A stretch of DNA of 64,000 nt, from assembly GCA_031835245.2 (NCBI GenBank), contig JAVKOQ020000116.1:62001-126000 (forward strand), written 5' to 3'. The notes beneath the pieces are model-generated. The model searched no databases, was not told the DNA's origin, and saw only the letters and a list, made by a program, of their open reading frames with translations. This DNA comes from Balamuthia mandrillaris (lineage: Eukaryota). This document shows positions 1 to 11,661 of the stretch, one piece after another (the first letter of the stretch is position 1; each line of letters opens with the position of its first letter). The position numbers were made by a program, and so were the translations under genes.

Positions 1-1
1 C

Positions 2-1465
2 GCCAAACTGTGGGAAGGGCTTTGCCCTTACGTCAAGGTATTCTGCAGCAGCGCTGGCAATTGTTTGCGCAGCGCTGACCGCCTCTGCATCGGCTCCGAG
101 GAGCCTAATGTAACCGCCCTGAAGCGTGCCACCGAGGCAATGGCCAACCTCATGCGAGAGATGGATCCCAAGGCAACCCCTGCTGGACCAGGAGCACCTC
201 TGATGGCTGCAGCTGCCCCGCCGCCACCGATGGGAGGAGCGCCACCACCACCGATGGGAGCACCCCCACCACCCCCCAGCGGTGGAGGTGCTCCTCCCCC
301 TCCTCCAGGGGCTGGTCCTCCACCACCCCCACCAACAGGCGGAGCTCCTCTGAAGATCGCTGGTGGTTTGGCTGCACTAAAACGTCCCTCCTCTGGCAGC
401 GCTCCACCCAAGCCGGCCCCTGCTGCAGCACCGCCTTCCTTAGGAAACCTGCTGGCAGGATTGGGCAACGTGCAGCTGAAGAAGACCACTCCCAACACCA
501 ACAATACCAACAACAACAATGGCACCTCCACCAGCGACTCTGGCCCTGGATTCTCGGCGGTGTTGGCTGCCTTGAGCTCCGTCAAGCTGAAGAAAGTCTC
601 CACAGGACCACCCCCGGAGGAAAAGAAGAACCAACCCGAGGAAAAAGGAGTGCTTTCCTTCCCCAAGTTGAGAGCCACCAGAGCAGAACATGACCAACAA
701 GCAGACAGCTCCTCCTCCCCGTCCACTTCCTCCTCTGCCCGTGAGTCAGGCAGCGGCAACAGCTTTGGTGTTCACTTGTTGAAGAGGCATGGCACAGGGT
801 CGGGTTCTCTGCAGGCATCTCACCTACGGCGGCGAGCGACCGCGCCTGACAAAGGCGAGGTGCAGGGTGGTTCGCCTCCTCCCATGAACGAGGTCGAACA
901 GAAGTTGCAGGAGAGGCTGAGGAGAATCACTCTGGCCGAAAAGACGCAGTCCGCGTCCAAATTGGGCGAGGAGGAAGAAGCGAAGAAGCAGGAAGAAGAG
1001 ATAGTCAAGACAGAAGAAGAAACAAGTAAACAGGAAGAGGAAGAAAGCACCGCCAACAAAGCCGAAGAACCCAGCAATGATGAAGGTAAAGGCAAAGAAG
1101 ACGGAGAAGGAGAAGAAGTAAATAAAGAAAGCGACGACGAAAGTAGCAGCGAAGAAGAGGAAGAGGGAGAAGGAGAAAACCAGCACTCTTCCTCAACTGT
1201 TGAGAGCAGCAGTAGCAGCGAGGAGGAGGAAGAGAGAGAAGACGAAAAGGAAGAGAGAGAAGACGAGAATGAGGAACAGAAGGAGAAAGAGCCGGAACAA
1301 GAAGCCAAGGCTCAAGAGGAGGATGACAGCGAAAACAGTAGCAGCAGCAGCGAATCCGAAGAAGAGGAGGAGGAGGAGGAGGAGGAGGAAGAGGAGGATA
1401 GCCAAGCCTCAACCAAAGACGAAGAGGAAGAAAGCTCCTCCTCTTCGTCTTCCGACAGCGACTGA
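2..1465 (+). CDS. 3' part of a proline-rich, tandem WH2-motif actin-binding protein with a long acidic tail (5' end outside window)
   Basis: Frame open from position 2. Poly-Pro runs followed by WH2-like segments LGNLLAGLGNVQLKKT and FSAVLAALSSVKLKKV (helix + LKK). E/S/D-rich C-terminus, TGA at 1463-1465. Confidence 0.7.
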   Translation, partial: AKLWEGLCPYVKVFCSSAGNCLRSADRLCIGSEEPNVTALKRATEAMANLMREMDPKATPAGPGAPLMAAAAPPPPMGGAPPPPMGAPPPPPSGGGAPPPPPGAGPPPPPPTGGAPLKIAGGLAALKRPSSGSAPPKPAPAAAPPSLGNLLAGLGNVQLKKTTPNTNNTNNNNGTSTSDSGPGFSAVLAALSSVKLKKVSTGPPPEEKKNQPEEKGVLSFPKLRATRAEHDQQADSSSSPSTSSSARESGSGNSFGVHLLKRHGTGSGSLQASHLRRRATAPDKGEVQGGSPPPMNEVEQKLQERLRRITLAEKTQSASKLGEEEEAKKQEEEIVKTEEETSKQEEEESTANKAEEPSNDEGKGKEDGEGEEVNKESDDESSSEEEEEGEGENQHSSSTVESSSSSEEEEEREDEKEEREDENEEQKEKEPEQEAKAQEEDDSENSSSSSESEEEEEEEEEEEEEDSQASTKDEEEESSSSSSSDSD

Positions 1466-1680
1466 AACGCAGAGTCCAACATTATGCCTCCTCAGAGGTT
1501 TCGTAAAACATAATAAAAATATGCGAGGGTCCCTTGAAAAATGTCGGCACAAATTATTAAAATTTAGATTTCCAAGAAAAAATATTATTTATTGGAGCGC
1601 CAGTGTAGAGTGTGTCTCTGCCGGTACGCGAGGGCAAGATCAAGCAACACGCACTGCGACAACACACAGTCTCTCTGGGC

Positions 1681-4600
1681 ATGGATAGCCTGTACACCAA
1701 ACCGCCCAGAGAAGTGGCGCCTTGTTCCCTCTTTCTGGAAGAGGGGGATCAGCAAATTATGGACGACGAGCGGTTGGAAAAAGACCCAGTGTCGTGGGTG
1801 AACCGCAAGGTGGCGGTCTTGCCTCGGTCGGAAGTGGAGGTGTTGGTCCATCGCCAGTTCCCTATGCATCGCTGGTATGGTGAAACCGAATGGGGTTTCG
1901 TTTGCGCTTTTCAAGGCAGAGCAGTGGGTAAGAAACGTGTTCGATCGAAGAAGCCCGAAGCGCTACCCACCGCCGAGCCGCTACCTGGAACCACCGTCTA
2001 CGTTATGGCTTTCAACGCTGCTGCCATCCAGCTGGACAAATACCTTTCTACCCCTGAAGGATCACGTAAGGCTATTGGCATAACCGGGCGCCGCCTTCCG
2101 CTCTTGGCGAAACCGCTGTATGCCCACCGCACGTACTATTGGGAAAAGCTATTTCCTCCGCTTGATGAACACGATTCATCAAACCTCTTTTCTTCTTCTT
2201 CTTCTTCTTCTTCTTCTTCTTCTTCAAGCAAACAACATGAAGCAGCAGTCCTTTTGCTTTTAGAAGACGACGTACCAGCACTTCGCCGATCTCCTGTTTC
2301 CAACGACCGGCTAAAGGACACACAAGCAAACCTGTGTCCCAGCAAAACCCTGTTAGTCTGCGGCAAGTCGGCATCGTACAAGTTATGGGGACCTCCAATG
2401 CTCGCTTTGTGGCACGGATATCTGCTTCGCCACGTTTTCTTTCAGGAACATCTTCTCAGCCAGTTACGCCTCAATGACTGTATTCGTGGCTTTCGAGACT
2501 TGGATGCCCTCGTTCTGCACAGTCGCCTTTGGAATAGTGTGGAGAAGACGAATAGGACAGGTGGCACCAAGAAGGAAGGAAAGAAGAAGATGGTTCTGGA
2601 AGATGAAGAAGACGGCCTCTCATTGTTGGAGCGTCAACTTGTTATTCCATTCTTTGGTGGTCGTCGTGATGGCAAACAACGAGAGAAGGAGATAGCTAAG
2701 GAGAAGGAAAAGGAGAATGACGTGACCAGCTTAACATCCCCCTCGAGTTCTGGGCAAATCCCGTGGTATAGAGTGCCTCGTCTGAAAGAAACTGGATCCT
2801 CTTCACTTGATTCCATCATCCGTGACAACAGGAAGCTGGTGGTGCTGTGCGATCCGACCGGAAAGAGAACATTGGGCGAGAGAGATGATTTTCTGGCGCA
2901 ACAGCAGCCAAACTGGCTGAAAGAGTGGCAACAGAAGGAAATGGCTGCTTGCACTCCCTCCACTAAGCAACAAAAACGTAACGCCTTTGCTTTGGTTCAT
3001 CACGATGCCGAAGCTGGCATCTTCCATTTCGCTGGGGCACTTACATCACCACCATCAACAGCGAATGCGGAACAACTGAATCTGGACGATGACGCGGCTG
3101 GTGCAGAAGATGAAGAGGGGAATGTGACGGTAGACGAAGAAAAACAGAAGGAAGAGGAGGAACCTCAATTGGAGATTTGCTTCTCTTTTGACACTACGGG
3201 TTCCATGTTTTGCTACCTCGCTCAAGTTCGCAAAAGCCTTAAGTTCTTGGTGCAATCTCTGCTGCTGGACCTCCCTTCTCTTCGCATTGCCATCATCGCT
3301 CATGGAGACTATTGCGATCGCGAACAGTACGTGCTGAAGCGATTGGACTTCTCTAACGATCCCGACCGCCTTTGCGACTTTGTTCAAGGTGTAGGCTCTA
3401 CTGGCGGAGGGGATTCAGCAGAATGTTACGAGCTTGCTTTGAAAGATGCCCGTACTCTGAGCTGGACTCCATCGGCAATGAAAGCCCTGGTGGTTATAGG
3501 AGATGACATTCCACACGAGAAAGGCAACGAGTCCGGAGGAAAAGAGGTGGAGTTGGACTGGCGTGAAGAGCTTAACCAATTGACGGCTCTGGGCATCCAT
3601 GTCTACGGTGTGCAATGTGGCCAACACCGCTACGCGGATTCGTTTTATGCAGCTTTGGGGAAGGAGAGTCAAGGAGCTCATCTACGCCTGGCACAAGTTA
3701 TGGACATCGAACGCCTGATCAAAGGATTGTGCTACCTTCAAGCAACGGACTACCTTGCAAAGAAGTCCAGCGGTGGAGCTTCCTCAGCGGGACTGATGGA
3801 GGGAGAAGACGCCATGCAGGTCAGTGATGGTGCAGTGGGCGAACGGCCACGCAGAGGAGAACCTCTTTCTCAGGATTCCTTTCTGGAAACCATCCACAAA
3901 GCCATTCACGACACACAACAGACGCACGTTACGATTGAGGGACAAAAATACGAGTTATCCACTAGTGAGAAGGCAGGATGTCGTTTTGTTCAGGTGGCAG
4001 AGGTGACGTACATCGAGCAAAACAAGAACAAGACCGATTCCGTTTATGCCGAGCTGGCCAACGCTGGTCATCGCATAACTTGGATGATTGGCAGAGGCAA
4101 GCATTGGGGCCTCATCGTGGATGATCGAATCCTTCGCCCTTCTCCTGCTGCTGTACAAGCCAACAAACGGCAAGAGCAAACGATGACAAAAGAAAGACAG
4201 CAAAAGGAAGAGGAACTACGACAGCAATGCTACGTTAGATCGAAGCAACAGTTTCTTAACAATTGGAAGCAAATGACACACGGCGTGTTGGACGACGTTT
4301 TGGAACCGGGCAAGGTATGCGTGGCAGGCGGTTCTGTGCTTCGCTGCATGATGCCACTCCATAGGCGATGGCCCCTGTGGAACCGTGCCAAGGGCAAGTC
4401 GCAGAGCGATATCGATGTATTCATCTGCAGCACCGACTCCCAGGAAGCTGCCCTCAAAATGGAGCAAGTATTGAACAAGGTTACGACTCGCCTTAATGAA
4501 CAGGGTGTGGCCTACGATTGGAAGTGTAGAAGCCATACCGTCACGCTACTTCCACGAAGCAATGAGACACAACAATTCTCATCCCAGAAAGAGACAGCGG

Positions 4601-5102
4601 AGAAGATGAACAAGGAATGGACGTGCAGTGTGTGCACCTTCCGCCACGAGCAGAAACGAAAGAGATGCGAGATGTGCGACACGCCCTATTCTCCTGTGAA
4701 AGGCTTGAAGGTGATTGATGTTCGAACCAACTCCGATGTTTCTTCCAGCTCTGCTATCGCTACGAAACCTGTGGCCATTCCGCCCATCCAAATCGTGTTG
4801 TACTTGATGAACAGTGTGACGGAGCTGCTGTCTGGATTTGACTTAGATTGCTGTGCTGTGGCCTACGACGGTTGCCATGTCTGGACTCATTATCGTGCCC
4901 TCATCGCTTCGGCCATGAGCATTAATGTTGTGGATCCTTTCAGATTGAGCCCAAGCTACGCACGACGGTTGTTGAAGTATGCAAAGCGAGGCTTCGCAAT
5001 TGTGGTTCCAGGTCTTACCCCAACCACCGCTGTTGAAGCGAAGAAGTATGCTCGAAAGCTGCGTCGACAGGAAAAGGCTACTGAGGACGGCACCAGTAGC
5101 TC

Positions 5103-5134
<32 letters not shown>

Positions 5135-8100
5135 CTTCTTCTTCCGCTTCGTTCGTAAGCAGAGAGAGTTCCATTCAGTCAGCCAACGGTTTACTTTGGC
5201 TGTTGGCGAAAGAGGGAAGCATCGATGGAGAAGAGTTGGAAGAATATGAGGTAGAGAGTGAACAATTTGAAGAAGATTCGGATCGTAGCGACGATGAGTA
5301 TGAAGAGAAGGCCAGTGATGAGGAAGAGGATAGCGATGATGAGTACAGCGAACAAAGGGACGAGAAAACAGGATTGTTGTTGAAGAAAAGTGAAGTACGC
5401 AGACGAGAACAGTCTGGCGTAAAGCGAAGCAAGAAAAGAAGAAAAGAATCATCCAGTGAGGAGGAGGATGGTGATGATGAGTACAGTGAACAGCGGGACG
5501 AGAAAACAGGCCTGTTGTTGAAGAAAAGCGAAGTGAAACGAAGAGCAAGAATGAAGGGTGGCAAACACAAAAAATCGAAGAAGGCTTCTGCCTTCAGTGA
5601 AGAGGAAGAGGAGGACAGTGACGACGAGTATAGCGAACAACGGGACGAGAAAACAGGCCTGTTGTTGAAGAAAAGCGAAGTGAAGCGTAGAGCAAGAAAA
5701 CGGGATGTTAAACGCAGAAAATTGAAGGAGGCTTCCTCATCGAGCGAGAGTGAAGGCGGTGATGACGAATACGGAGAAGAACGTGACCCTCGGACGGGTT
5801 TGCTTATGAAGAAAAAAGAGGCTCGCAAGATGAGAAGAAGAAAAGAAAGAGCACATCGCATGGAACTCCTTCATCGCTCATCTGGAGCAGCTCCCTCTTC
5901 TCCCACCACATCATCTTCAGAAGAGGACGCGATGGCAGAAGAGGAAAGTGCAAGCAAAGAAAAAGCACAGAAAGGGAAAAGCAAAGTGTCGATTGTGAAA
6001 CACTCGCACGCTACTCCGTTGAAGGTTATCACGGACGGAGCAACTTGGCATCATCGCCGGTCTCGCTTCGAACTGTCCGCCACTCATTTGCCTGATTGGT
6101 ATCATCTGGCATCTAATGGGTCGGTGATGCCTCTGGTGCGTGGGTTCTATCGATGGCTGTCGAACTGTGATACCTTCGCCATTCCCCATTTGGAGAGGAA
6201 ACTTGTGGAGACCACTGGGCGAGATCATGCGATGCTGGTGAATGGCCTACTGAGCACGTCATCTCGCTTCTTTCTTCCTCATCACTTTCATCAACACTTC
6301 ACGAAAGTGGCGGAGCGGCTGATGAACGGATGTGTGTTACATGTTGGCCCCAACGATGAGCTCTACCGACTGCGAGAAGTGGAGTTTTATTTCTTCTCCT
6401 CTAGGCACGAGGACATCTTCACTCACAAGAATCCCATGCAACGCTTGGCTGGTCGTTGGTACTTCCATCAACAACCGGATGGCAAGTATCGAGATGGCAA
6501 CTTCAAGGGCTTGGACATTACTTTTGGCTCAATCTTGAAGGATAAGATCAAGGAAGAAGGAAGCGTTTATCAACAGACCAAAACCAAGAAACAAGAAGAA
6601 GAGGAAGAAGAACAAGAACAGGAAGAAGAAAAGGGGAGAGAGGTTTACGGCGGGGTGCTCATTCGAGCAGTGGAACGCGTACGGGATGGAGCGTTCTTCG
6701 AAGGACCCTGCGTGGTGGTCAATCAACTGCTGGAAGAGACGGGCTGCGCCAGTATCGACGCTTTAGTCGCTCATCCCCGCTTTGACTTTGCTGTGGGCAA
6801 CACTGGGTCTTGGCTCTTCGCTCAACGTATGCTTTACCTCTCTTATAATTTTCATGAAAATGAAGAAAAGGAGGAAAGGCAAAAGAACGAGCCGGAGAAG
6901 CAGAAGGAGAAGGGCAAAGCAAACGAAAGTGAGATTCAACCACCACAACGACAAGGCCTTTTCAAAAGGAGAAAGATCTTCTGTTGCCCTCGTGTGGGTC
7001 TCAGCATGAGAGCTATGAATGGCAGCCAACCCACCGCCGAACAATTCTACCATTCGTTCTATCGCTTTATGGCAGGAGAGGAAGACAAGAACGTCAGCCA
7101 ATGGCAAAAAGGACGCGTCTACTCCGCGTTGGCCTTGCTGTCCCCAAACACGCTAGCAGAACAACCTTGCACACCTGCTCACGTGGCGGAGAAGACAGGC
7201 CTAACTCTGGTAGAAGTGGATCAGATCAAACATTGGATGGAGGAAGGACAACAACAAGCTCGCTTGCCTGGAAAAACTCTGGAAGCCATCCGCGAGTACT
7301 TTGCTGGTCGTAACTTTAGTCAGGACCTCCGCACCATTTCTCGCTTCTTTGGATGGTGTCAAGCCCGCGAATTCGATGCAGACGAGTGGTGGGTCTGCCC
7401 CGAAGGTTGGAAAGGAACTGCCATCCAAGGCGACATAGAAGGTAAAGATGAGGAGGACGACTATTTCGATGACATGCTTGCATTCATAATACGAGAGGAA
7501 CGAGGCAACAACAAACGCATCTTCCCGGCCAACAAAGCCGATGTTCTGGCTGCCTTCAAACTGACTCCTTTCGAACAAGTCAAATGCGTGATCCTTGGAC
7601 AGGATCCCTATCACACTCCCGGCTTGGCCCATGGCCTTTGCTTCAGCATCCGCAAACGGATCCAATCGCTGGAGAAGGACCTGCCTCCCAGTCTAAAGAA
7701 CATCTTTGAGGAGCTGAAGGAAGATGTGGAGGGATTCGAGGCACCCAAAGATCACGCCAACTTGGAGAGTTGGGCCTTAAATGGCGTGCTGATGCTCAAT
7801 TGTGTGTTGACCGTGGAGGCACATAAACCCAACAGCCACCGTGAAATAGGATGGACTCGCTTCACTGATACTGTTATTCGGTATTTCTCTTTCTCTTTCC
7901 TTTCGTTGCTTCTCTCCTTTTGTTTTCTTCTTGCTCTTCCTCCTTTTCTTCTTCGTGCTTCCTTGTTCTTGTTTTTGTTCTTCTTCTTTTTCTTCTTCCT
8001 CTTCCCTCTTTGCTAACGGATAACGTTATTTTGCAGCGAGCTAAGCGAGAAGAAAGAGGGATTGGTGTTTTTGTTGTGGGGCGAAGAGGCCCAAGCCAAA

Positions 8101-8259
8101 GCGAAGCTCATCGACCAGAGCAAGCATCACATTCTCAAAGCGGGTCATCCAAGTCCTCGCTCGTCCGTTCCGTTTCGTGGATGCAAGCACTTTTCGGAGG
8201 CCAACCGCTTGTTGGTGGCTTCTGGTAAGACTCCCATCGACTGGCGGCTTCCTCTTTGA
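1681..8259 (+). CDS. Large multidomain protein: unknown N-terminus, vWA, nucleotidyltransferase with inserted RanBP2 zinc finger, 4x acidic/basic repeat, AAG/MPG-like domain, family-1 uracil-DNA glycosylase. Exons 1681-7880 and 8037-8259.
   Basis: vWA: FSFDTTGSM...GGGDSAECYE...GDDIPH. NTase: VAGGSVL...SDIDVF...FDLDCC. ZnF: WTCSVCTF...CEMCDTP. MPG-like: YRLREVEFY...GGVLIRA...EGPC...PRVGL. UNG: GQDPYH, PPSL, VLMLN, LLWG, HPSP. Intron 7881-8036 (GTATTT...CTAAC...TTGCAG) joins TVIR/ELSEKKEGLVFLLWG in frame. First ATG at 1681 (ORF track starts at a GTG, 1612). Confidence 0.85.
5329..5850 (+). repeat. Four in-frame tandem coding repeats (~46-49 aa), consensus DDEYSEQRDEKTGLLLKKSEVKRR
   Basis: Near-identical DNA units start at about 5329, 5467 and 5614; a more diverged fourth copy (DDEYGEERDPRTGLLMKKKE) starts near 5755. 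Confidence 0.9.
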
Positions 8260-8677
8260 AACGTTTTTACAACACGAAGAAGAACGCTCCTCTCTAAGTT
8301 TGTATTTGCATTGTTTTTAAAACAAAAAAGGCTTTGGTGTGTCCATGAATGCAGCTTTGAAAGAAAGCGAACAGACCAAAGCTATTTTTCTTCGCAAGTG
8401 AATGGAAATGTTCCGCCCAATTAATTCCTTCAGAGGAGGGAAAGAGTTCCTGTGTGCCGGCAGGAGCAGGAAGCAGGAGCTTTGTGCTCTTCATTCGTTC
8501 TCTCTCTTTGGTGGAACACCCCTTTTTTTTTCCATTGAACAATGCGCAATGGTATGCTCTGATAGCTATCCTTTGTGGACGCGCCGAAAGTAGCAGGGAA
8601 CCACAGGGACATTTTACCAGCCAATTATTCCCTCGACGTTTCTCTTCGATACCGTTACTTTCCCTTATCGAGTCGTC

Positions 8678-9539
8678 ATGATAGTCGACAAAAATTACGC
8701 AGCCAAGGAAAAGAAAGTAGCAGAACAACCTCTCGAGATGGAGTTTGTAACGAAAGGACAAGCGGACAAAGGCAGGCAGAGCGGCCCTGACAAGCCGCTG
8801 GTTCATTCTCTTTACATCATCAACAAGTCGGGAGGTCTCATTTACCAAAAGGTACTTCTTGGTTTTTTTTTTTAAAAAAAATCTTTTATCGTTTGTTAGC
8901 AGCTACCCTTTTTTTTTTTGTTTGCTGGTAACACTTTTTTTTTATTCTTATTTGATTAGAATTTTGTGGAAGGAGTATCTATTGCTGAGGATCCTGTTCG
9001 TCTTGGTGGTCTACTTTATGGGTTTGTTTTTTCTCTTTATGTACCATTTTCATCTTTTTTCAAGATTTTTTTGCCTCTAACCTTCGGTCAACAAAAATAG
9101 CATGCACACATTTACCAGCAAGTTGTCCCCTGTTCCTGATTGTACTGGACTAGAAGTGTTGGAGACAGACACCTTCCGGCTGCATTGCTTCCAGACTCTC
9201 ACTGGTTTGTTCGAGCCTTCTCGTTCCTCTCTTGCTTCTTGCTTGCTATGTTCACTTCTCTTGTTCTCTCTTCTCTCTTCTCTCTTCTCTTCTCTTCGTC
9301 ATTCTCTCTTCTCTCTTCTCTCTTGCTAAACTTACTCATTTCAACAAAAAGGGACCAAGTTTTTCATGACGGCAGACGCAAAGCGGACAAACGTGGACAA
9401 GGTCCTCCAAAGCATCTACGTGTTATACACGGACTACGTGCTGAAGAACCCTTTCTACGAGTTCAAGAGGGAACAACCCATCCGCTGCGCCAAGTTCGAT
9501 TATCATTTGGATGAGCTTATTCGAACTCAAAACGCTTAA
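8678..9539 (+). CDS. TRAPPC4: TRAPP complex subunit 4 (Trs23/sybindin family), spliced
   Basis: SLYIINKSGGLIYQK, LEVLETDTFRLHCFQTLTG and IYVLYTDYVLKNPFYE...PIRC motifs over 4 exons; TAA 9537-9539. Confidence 0.9.
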
Positions 9540-9578
9540 CGAAAGAGAGAGAGAGAGAGAAAAAGAGCGAGAGAGAGC

Positions 9579-9609
<31 letters not shown>

Positions 9610-9987
9610 ATAAAAATAGTGCAATGGAGCAGAATGTGGTCACAATAACAGCATTCATCGTGCAGCATTAACGTCGGCAAAAAATAAAAGTGCAGAAGTA
9701 GTCGTTCACCATTTCTGCACAAGCTGTGCAATTTCGGATGTGTTTAACAGAATGCAGCGAACCGTTTCCTCTCTTTTTCCTTCTTCTTCTTCTCACTCCA
9801 TCTTCTTCTTCACACTCTTGGGTAACCCAAACCTTTTAGCATCCTACCACCCCCCTTTTTTTTAAAATTATTCTTGTATATACGAAAAGCAAGCCAACAG
9901 CTTTATCAAACATAAAAGATGGAGGCACCGAAACAGAAAACCAACAACGTCGAATTCGTCAAACTGAGACGCAACCTTTCGCAAAAG

Positions 9988-10709
9988 ATGGATGTGATCT
10001 TCGACATGGAAACGAATGACCCGGATGACTATTTGACTTTGTACGCCTCTCGTTTTTTTTTTGTTTGTTCCCTTCGTGCGGAAATGAAACTTACTTTTTG
10101 CTTTTGTTAGATGTCTTCTTGCCAGTCATCCTAGTGTGTGTCTTCGTGCCGTTACCATTACTCCTGGTTTGTTGTTTGTTTCTTGTCGCTTCTGTGTTTG
10201 CTTCCTTTTCTTTCGTCTCTAACCATCGTTCTCATCTTGTCCTAACCTGAAAGGAACAAGAGAACAAGTCGGGCTGGTGAAATACACACTCCGTCGCTAT
10301 AAAGACTCTCGCCTTCACTCTATTCCCGTCGGGACTCGTTCCTTCTCTTCCTCTGCTTCTTCTTCTTCTTCTTCACGCAGCGTCTCTGCTTTTCACTGGC
10401 GTGCTTTAGGGCTCTCCAGTCCGCTCGTGGCCGAATCCGATGGCAGAGGCTGCGATGTGCTCTACAAGACGTTACAGAGCTATCCAGAGGCTACCATAGT
10501 GACGGGCGCTCCGCTGAGCAACCTTGGGCAGCTGTTGGAGGCCTATCCGGACGTTCGGATTCGGCGGTGGGTGGCGCAAGGTGGCTTCGCTGGGGATAAC
10601 ATTGTTCCTCCTGGTTTGTTTGTTTGTTTTTTGTTTGGCGTTTTTTGCTCTTCGTGTTTTGTTCTTGTTTATCTACTTAGTCTTCTTGTCTTCTTCTTCT
10701 TCCTCTTCT

Positions 10710-10754
<45 letters not shown>

Positions 10755-11346
10755 TTCTTCTTCTGCTTCTTCTCCTCTTCTTCTTCTTGGTCTTCTCTTC
10801 TTCTGCTTCTTCTTCTTCTTCTTCTTCTTCCTCCTTTCATTATTTGTTATTGTTTTTCCTTCGTTACTTCTTTTTTCTGACATTCATTCTCTTCTTTTAC
10901 TAACAGAACACCGCTTGGAAAAGTTCAACGGAAAGACTGTTTGTCCAACCTTTAATTTTGGAGGAGACCGGAGAAGCGCAATGGCGCTGCTCACCTCGGA
11001 GCGAGTGCAGCAGCGAGTGTTGGTCTCCAAGAACGTTTGTCACGGCGTGCTCTACGATGCCGACTTTCACCGTTTTCTTAAACCATATATCAAAGATAGT
11101 GAAGGTTTCTCTCTCCCTCCTCTCTTCTCGTTCCTCCTCTTTTTCTTTTCGTTCTTTGTATTGACTTGTTCTTTTCTTCTGTGTAAAGGTTTGCAATTTA
11201 TTTATGAAGCAATGGAATGCTACTTTGAGCGGAAGGGTGAGAAGGCGTTGCACGACCCGTTGGCAGCCTGCATTGCCATCGATCCTTCAATAGCTACCTT
11301 TGCTGAAGGTTTCCTTTTCTGCTCTCACTCTCTCTCTCTCTCTCCC

Positions 11347-11386
<40 letters not shown>

Positions 11387-11573
11387 TCTTTCAGAAGAAA
11401 GAAGCTAACACAAAACAAAAAACAAATATACAGTGGAGATGTATGAAACCAAAGAAGGAAAAGGAAGAGGATGGGGCTGCAATGCATCACCTGGGTCCAA
11501 CACGTTCATCACGGTAAGCGTCGACCAGGATGCTTTTCGTGAGGTTTTTGCCATGACGCAACCTCTCAAGTAA
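9988..11573 (+). CDS. Inosine/uridine-preferring nucleoside hydrolase family protein, spliced (alternative start 9919)
   Basis: N-terminal Asp cluster DMETNDPDD, TGAPLSNL, QGGFAG, TFNFGGD, LHDPLAA; last exon ends ...FREVFAMTQPLK TAA. Confidence 0.8.
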
Positions 11574-11661
11574 TCCGCAAACAAAAAACTGTACAAAAAT
11601 GAAGACATTTTGTTGATGACAGAAAAAGAAGGGAGAAAGGAGGATGAGAGAGATAAGAGGG

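Noticed and set aside
5329..5850. CRISPR-like repeat-spacer array
   Set aside because: Repeats are in-frame coding units with synonymous variation in a eukaryotic gene; no cas genes.
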